Assembly (NCBI RefSeq): GCF_000315625.1
Contig: NW_005434642.1
Location: 162,446 to 220,101, forward strand
Direction of reading: 5' to 3'
Origin: Guillardia theta CCMP2712
Lineage: Eukaryota > Protista > Cryptophyta
Length of the DNA: 57,656 nt
Shown here: piece by piece, positions 52,735 to 57,656 of the stretch
How the letters are laid out: each line of letters starts with the position of its first letter
Numbering within the stretch: the first letter of the stretch is position 1
Translations under genes and position numbers: made by a program
The notes under the pieces: model-generated
Databases searched by the model: none
What the model was told of the DNA's origin: nothing
Seen by the model: the letters and a program-made list of their open reading frames with translations, nothing else

Positions 52735-52771
52735 GTCCTCGTACTGTTTTTAACTTAACTTTGAGTAAAGG
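52735..52771 (+). repeat. Dispersed AT-rich element A, copy 3
   Basis: GTCCTCGTACTGTTTTTAACTTAACTTTGAGTAAAGG. Confidence 0.9.
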
Positions 52772-53834
52772 ACTCGGCTCCGGGCATGTGAGTAACTTTG
52801 AAAAGAAAGAAAGAAAATAAAATGGCTCCGTCCTATCTCATGCATGGAAAATTCCCGGGAAGTTCGGGGGTAGGGTAATTTTATAACGGGGTACGAATCC
52901 CAGTGAAAAAGGGGTGACGCATGGTTCCTTTCATTTTCATGGTGGTAGGGTAGTCTTCATTTTTTTTTCATTATCAAAATTTGTTGCGACCCCCGTCTTC
53001 TAATAGTACCACCCCTACCCCTTTGATAAAAAGTACCCAACCCCCGAACATCACTAGCTGCCAATTTACAGACCCCCTATTGCTAACTTGAGCTACTACC
53101 CCTACCACATCATCAATAGCGATCACCCAACATTACCCTTCTCTTTGCCTTACCCACCCCCCTTTGGATGCAGACCCACACGAAGGTAATGGTAATATTC
53201 CTAAAAGTACCCCGTTCTCTCGATCTGAAATAACAACAACCCCTCTCTAAGACATTATCACCCCCTCCATTTCAACGGATCTTTATCTACCCCTCGTTCC
53301 CTTCACTGCCACCCCCGCAAAAATCTCCACCACCCCTTTTGAAGTACCCTACCCAATTTCCTTGTCGAGACCCACCTGTCCATGCGAACCCCAAGTCACA
53401 TACCCCTACCCCCAACACAAAATTCAGTACCACCGAATTTCCCGAATCTCGAGGTGGCAATTGCTATCCATATACTACCCCCACCCTCTCAATTATATGA
53501 CCCCACCCACTACAAGGGACTTTCATCTTGTCGGCCTCCCCTCCCCTTCCTCTGTTCTTGTTTCTCCCTTGCTCGTTCCCCGGCCCCTCCTCGACATCAC
53601 TCCTCCACCTCCCACCTCCCTCTACTCTCACAGCCCCCCCACAGCTCCTTCTCCTTTACACCAGCTGCTGGACGGATCCTTGCTGAGGTCCTTCCAGTCG
53701 TTGCTGCCGAGGCCAAGCTCCTAGTCGCTCGACCACAACCAGGGGTGCCAGTGCATTACAGCGCTGAGCTGAGATAACCCTTTGAACTTGACCTGGATAA
53801 TACCAGCGGAAGGAGGTTGTTGGTCTTTTGAACC

Positions 53835-56141
53835 ATGTCCATTACGAACGAGAGTGGTAACACTGCAATCTACGTGATCATACCGATCTATGGTGTCTTC
53901 TTGGTATGCATCAGTGCATTCAGCTACTGGAAGAACAGTAGCAACAGTGAGATCAGGTGCCTGGGAATCTCCATCCGAGGTGACCGAGTGAAGGATCTCA
54001 CTCAATCCTTCCTCGGAGCAGGAAACGGAGTCGGTGGTCTGACGCTTTTCTTCACCATGGCTGCAAGTCTCTTCAGTGGATACTCCATCTCGGGTATCGC
54101 AAACGAGGCCTACACCTTTGGATTCGCTGCCATCCGTTGGATTCCAGCCGGTGTTGCGCTCTATGCAGCTTTCATGATCATGGCACCGAGAATGCATGCG
54201 CTCGGCAAGAGTCGTGGTTATCTTACCCTCGGCGAGCTCATCTATGACCGTTTCTCGGAGCCCGCTTGCTCCCCGATCATCCCCCATACGTTGAGGCTTG
54301 TGTCTCTCTTCTGTCTCCAGCTTCCAGTGTTCTGCTATCTCATCACGCAGTTCTCTTCTGTCGCGGTTGAGGTGAGATCACTCTTTGCTGACTCGTGTGT
54401 CTGAAACCATTTTGGCAGCTCGCTGGATACACTGGTGGATCCGATTGGGGTGGAGGAGGGATCGGGAGATATCCTGCTATCATCGTGGCAAGCTGCGTGT
54501 TGCTTGTTTGTGGCCTGCTGGGTGGTCTGCGTGCTGTTGCATACAATGATGTGCTTCAAGGGTTCATTCTCCTCATCGGGAGTCTTGTGTTCTTCGTGAT
54601 TCAGCAGGAGGACCTCGGAGGAATGAGTGGTGTCAAGGAGTTTGTGACCTCCCCGTCCTTCCAGAAGTCCAATCCCTTTGGATACAAGCAATTCAACTAT
54701 GTTCCAGCTGCTGAAGGGTCTTGGAGTACATCATCATTCGCCACCTTCATCATCAAGGTTATGATTGCCGCAACCATGTACCCACATCTTGCCATGCGAC
54801 TTTATGTGGCTAGAGACAGCAGAAGCATGAAAATTGGCTTGGCGGGAATGAACTTCACATTCTTCAGTATGTTATTCTTTTACTTCATCTTGATTCTATC
54901 TTACATGTGTGTTCCAGTTGTTCAGTTCAGCTCCATGGTTACAGGATGGGTTGCTGTGAAGGCGCTTGCGGGTAGCCCTAAGACGTACTCTACTTTTGGA
55001 TCGATCGCTGCGATTGTGCGGAACAAGGGCGCTGGAGGCGAATTTGCATCTGCGCTCCTCGTGACGGCTGCAGTCTGTGCGATGCTTTCCACTGCTGACA
55101 GCGCTCTCATTGCATTCTCTACGATGTGGCTGAGAGATTTCTACTTGCCTTACATCAAGCCGACGGCATCGCAATTCTCTCAGGTTGTCTTTACCAAGGT
55201 CATGGGAGTCTTCGGTTTGGCGCTTGGAGTGTTTCTTGCGTGCATGTCTGTTCGATCTGCACAGCCTTGGAACTTGTCCAACTTGTTCTCCTTGCAAACT
55301 GTGACTCCGATCCACGTGGCTCCCGCGGTGTGGCTCGGCCTCCATTGGAAGGTAACACAACGCATTCTCATGCCTTAGGGTTTCCTTACATGCTGGTCAG
55401 GGCTTGCGCGGAGAGCCTGTGCTGCTCGGAATGATTGTCGGCCTTGCCGTGACGTTCGGATTCACCTTCTCAAGCCTTAACGTCAAGTTGAGCCTGGGAC
55501 AAGAAGAAATCAAGTCAGGATGGTCGCCGTCTCTGGTCGGGCTGTGCTTCAACCTCATCGTCACTGTTGGTGGAGGCTTGCTGCTCGAGAAGTATCCAAA
55601 CCTCCTCAAGACCGGAGAGCTGGCGCAGTTTGCAAGGCCGATGGACATTCACAAGTTGTTTGGAGAGAAGATGGATCCGATGATCAACCCCGTCATGTGG
55701 CTCGTCTTGAGTATCATCATAGCCTTCATTGTGCCCTTCTACAGGGACATGGGCTCCCCTGACTACTTCGTCGGCAGCATGACCGCATGGGCCTTCACCT
55801 CTCTTATGATCACAGGCTTGCTGACGCTGGCGACTGCCTTCTGCTACGTGCGCTTCTGGAAGGACTACGATCTACCCAAGGAACCGAGACTCTACCACTT
55901 CGACGGCGATGAATCCCAATATGACAAAGAGGCACCTAAGGACTCTGATCCCTCTGGAGGGTTCGCACCTCAGCCTATGATGCAAGTGTTTCCTCCTTCG
56001 TCTCCATCAGGGGTTGCTCAGCCGATGTACTCGCCGGGACCTTTCGTCAACTCTGCCAGCACGCCTGTTGCCAGCTTCCAGCCCGTCTACCCGTCTGTCA
56101 TGACTCCAGTACCATCGTATCCCTCTATTGGTTCCGCATGA
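53835..56141 (+). CDS. Sodium:solute symporter (SSS/SLC5, PanF/PutP-like) with two extra C-terminal TMs and a Pro-rich tail
   Basis: FTMAASLFSGYSISG..EAY..G, YLTLGELIYDRF, GGLRAVAYNDVLQG, AAVCAMLSTADS; many hydrophobic segments; introns near 54372, 54868 and 55352. Confidence 0.9.
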
Positions 56142-56424
56142 ATTGCACGAATGCATCTTGGTATGATGCAGTAGATTGTAAGTGATGTTCTGAGTAAAAT
56201 CAGAAAAGATAAACACTTAAGAAGGGGAGGACAAGGTGTGATAATTATAACAGAGGGTGTATTGCCACTTTGTGGATTCTTTGTGTTACAGGCTCATTAT
56301 AACTGTAGGATTGTTTGTTACCCCACTGTGACAGTCGATCGATGATGATCCCAATGACTCATATGAACAAGGGCTGTGCTGAAATCGAATCAGCATTCGA
56401 GCGCACCAGCGCCAACCCAGCATG

Positions 56425-56440
56425 GGTGTTGACAAACACC
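56425..56440 (-). promoter_or_regulatory. Histone mRNA 3' stem-loop
   Basis: GGTGTT-TGTC-AACACC followed by CA, about 30 nt after the H4 stop: 6-bp stem with a 4-nt U-N-U-N loop. Confidence 0.8.
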
Positions 56441-56470
56441 AGTAAAGCTGAAAGCTTTGTGACGGCTTGT

Positions 56471-56821
<351 letters not shown>

Positions 56822-57139
56822 TTATATTTCGAATCTCCCCACCCCCTGTGCTGATTCCCCTGTTTTTGTGTTTTGATTCTCCAGTACCGGTACCTTCACT
56901 GTGTTTTGGGGGTAATGGAGATACCCCCTACCCCCATTTCTACAGAACTATATCTGTATCGGAGATAACTAAAATCTTTATTCAGTACTACAATTAATAG
57001 TCCCCGCGCTGTTGGCTGTGATACCAAAAGCCGACGGCCTGAAGTAACGAAATGAACTCTCAACAAGACTCTTCTAGTTGTCTACGAACTTGTCATACTA
57101 CTATTTGCTCTGAATTCACTCTCGACAGTCGGAACTCGA

Positions 57140-57246
57140 AGCTTCCCTCAGCTTCCTCAGCTCTCGCAGCTCTCTCAGCTCTCCCAGCTCTCTCAGCTTC
57201 CTCAACTTTCTCAGCTTCTCTCAACTCAGATTCTCAGCTCTCAGCA
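57140..57246. repeat. Degenerate ~9-bp (CTCAGCTYT) tandem repeat
   Basis: Seen directly. Confidence 0.65.
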
Positions 57247-57656
57247 ACCGTGGGCGCCGCAGTTCTCAAGGCAGGATGATCGGGGACTCAGTTAGCCGAC
57301 TGAGCAACTTCAGTCACTTCAGGCTGAGTCACCGTCAAGTCGAGCTCCGAGCTAAGAGAGAGAAAAAAGGAGGAGGAGGAGGAGGAGGAGAGAGGGACGG
57401 GAAGGAGGGTTGAGGAGGAGGAGGAGGGCAGGCCAAGAGTGTAGGGAAGCTTCCTTTGTTAAATTCAGTTCATCGGATGATCGGCGGCAGAGGATGCAGA
57501 AGGTTCAGGCAAGTGGCTCAGAGGCCAATCGCTTCCATGTCGACGATGCAGGAGGAGAGGGTCGTGCGTTGAACCACGTCATCGTTCCTGAGACCGCGAA
57601 TCTGCCATGAAAGAGGAGAAAATAAGATGAGAAAACGGGAGGAGGAGGAGGAGGAG

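Noticed and set aside
52860-53420. GGGTAGGG words as interstitial telomeric repeats
   Set aside because: Dispersed on both strands rather than tandem, and not TTAGGG or TTTAGGG.
57480-57602. Possible last exon (FAVSGTMTWFNARPSPP...EPLA*) of a minus-strand gene entering from beyond the window
   Set aside because: Too short to support without the upstream sequence.

Overview
Gene-dense, intron-rich eukaryotic nuclear DNA. Short GT/GC-AG introns, microsatellite-filled introns and bipartite signal+transit presequences suggest a cryptophyte (Guillardia/Hanusia-like) host nucleus; this is inference, not a database match. About 21 protein genes are present, mostly in alternating orientation. They include a giant ARM-repeat protein, an HTH/AT-hook DNA-binding protein, MOFRL-type glycerate kinase, an OTU-deubiquitinase/acyl-protein-thioesterase fusion with a bipartite presequence, an ankyrin protein, trifunctional DHNA-HPPK-DHPS, a thylakoid-lumen protein, a Cys-rich surface protein, a CCCH zinc finger protein, a tail-anchored ApaH-like phosphatase, Mn-type SOD, a TM-coiled coil-collagen-SRCR protein, a double-length TyrRS with WHEP domain and N-terminal extension, a Na+:solute symporter and histone H4 with a 3' stem-loop. 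The most interesting observations are: (1) the class A scavenger-receptor architecture in a probable alga; (2) the OTU-APT fusion; (3) recurrent intergenic motifs: a 30-38 bp AT-rich element x3, a 31 bp element x2, phased CGGATA arrays x2, GGGGTAGGG clusters and CCGG-rich islands. Exon boundaries were read by eye and are approximate. No rRNA, tRNA, CRISPR array or autonomous transposon was recognised.
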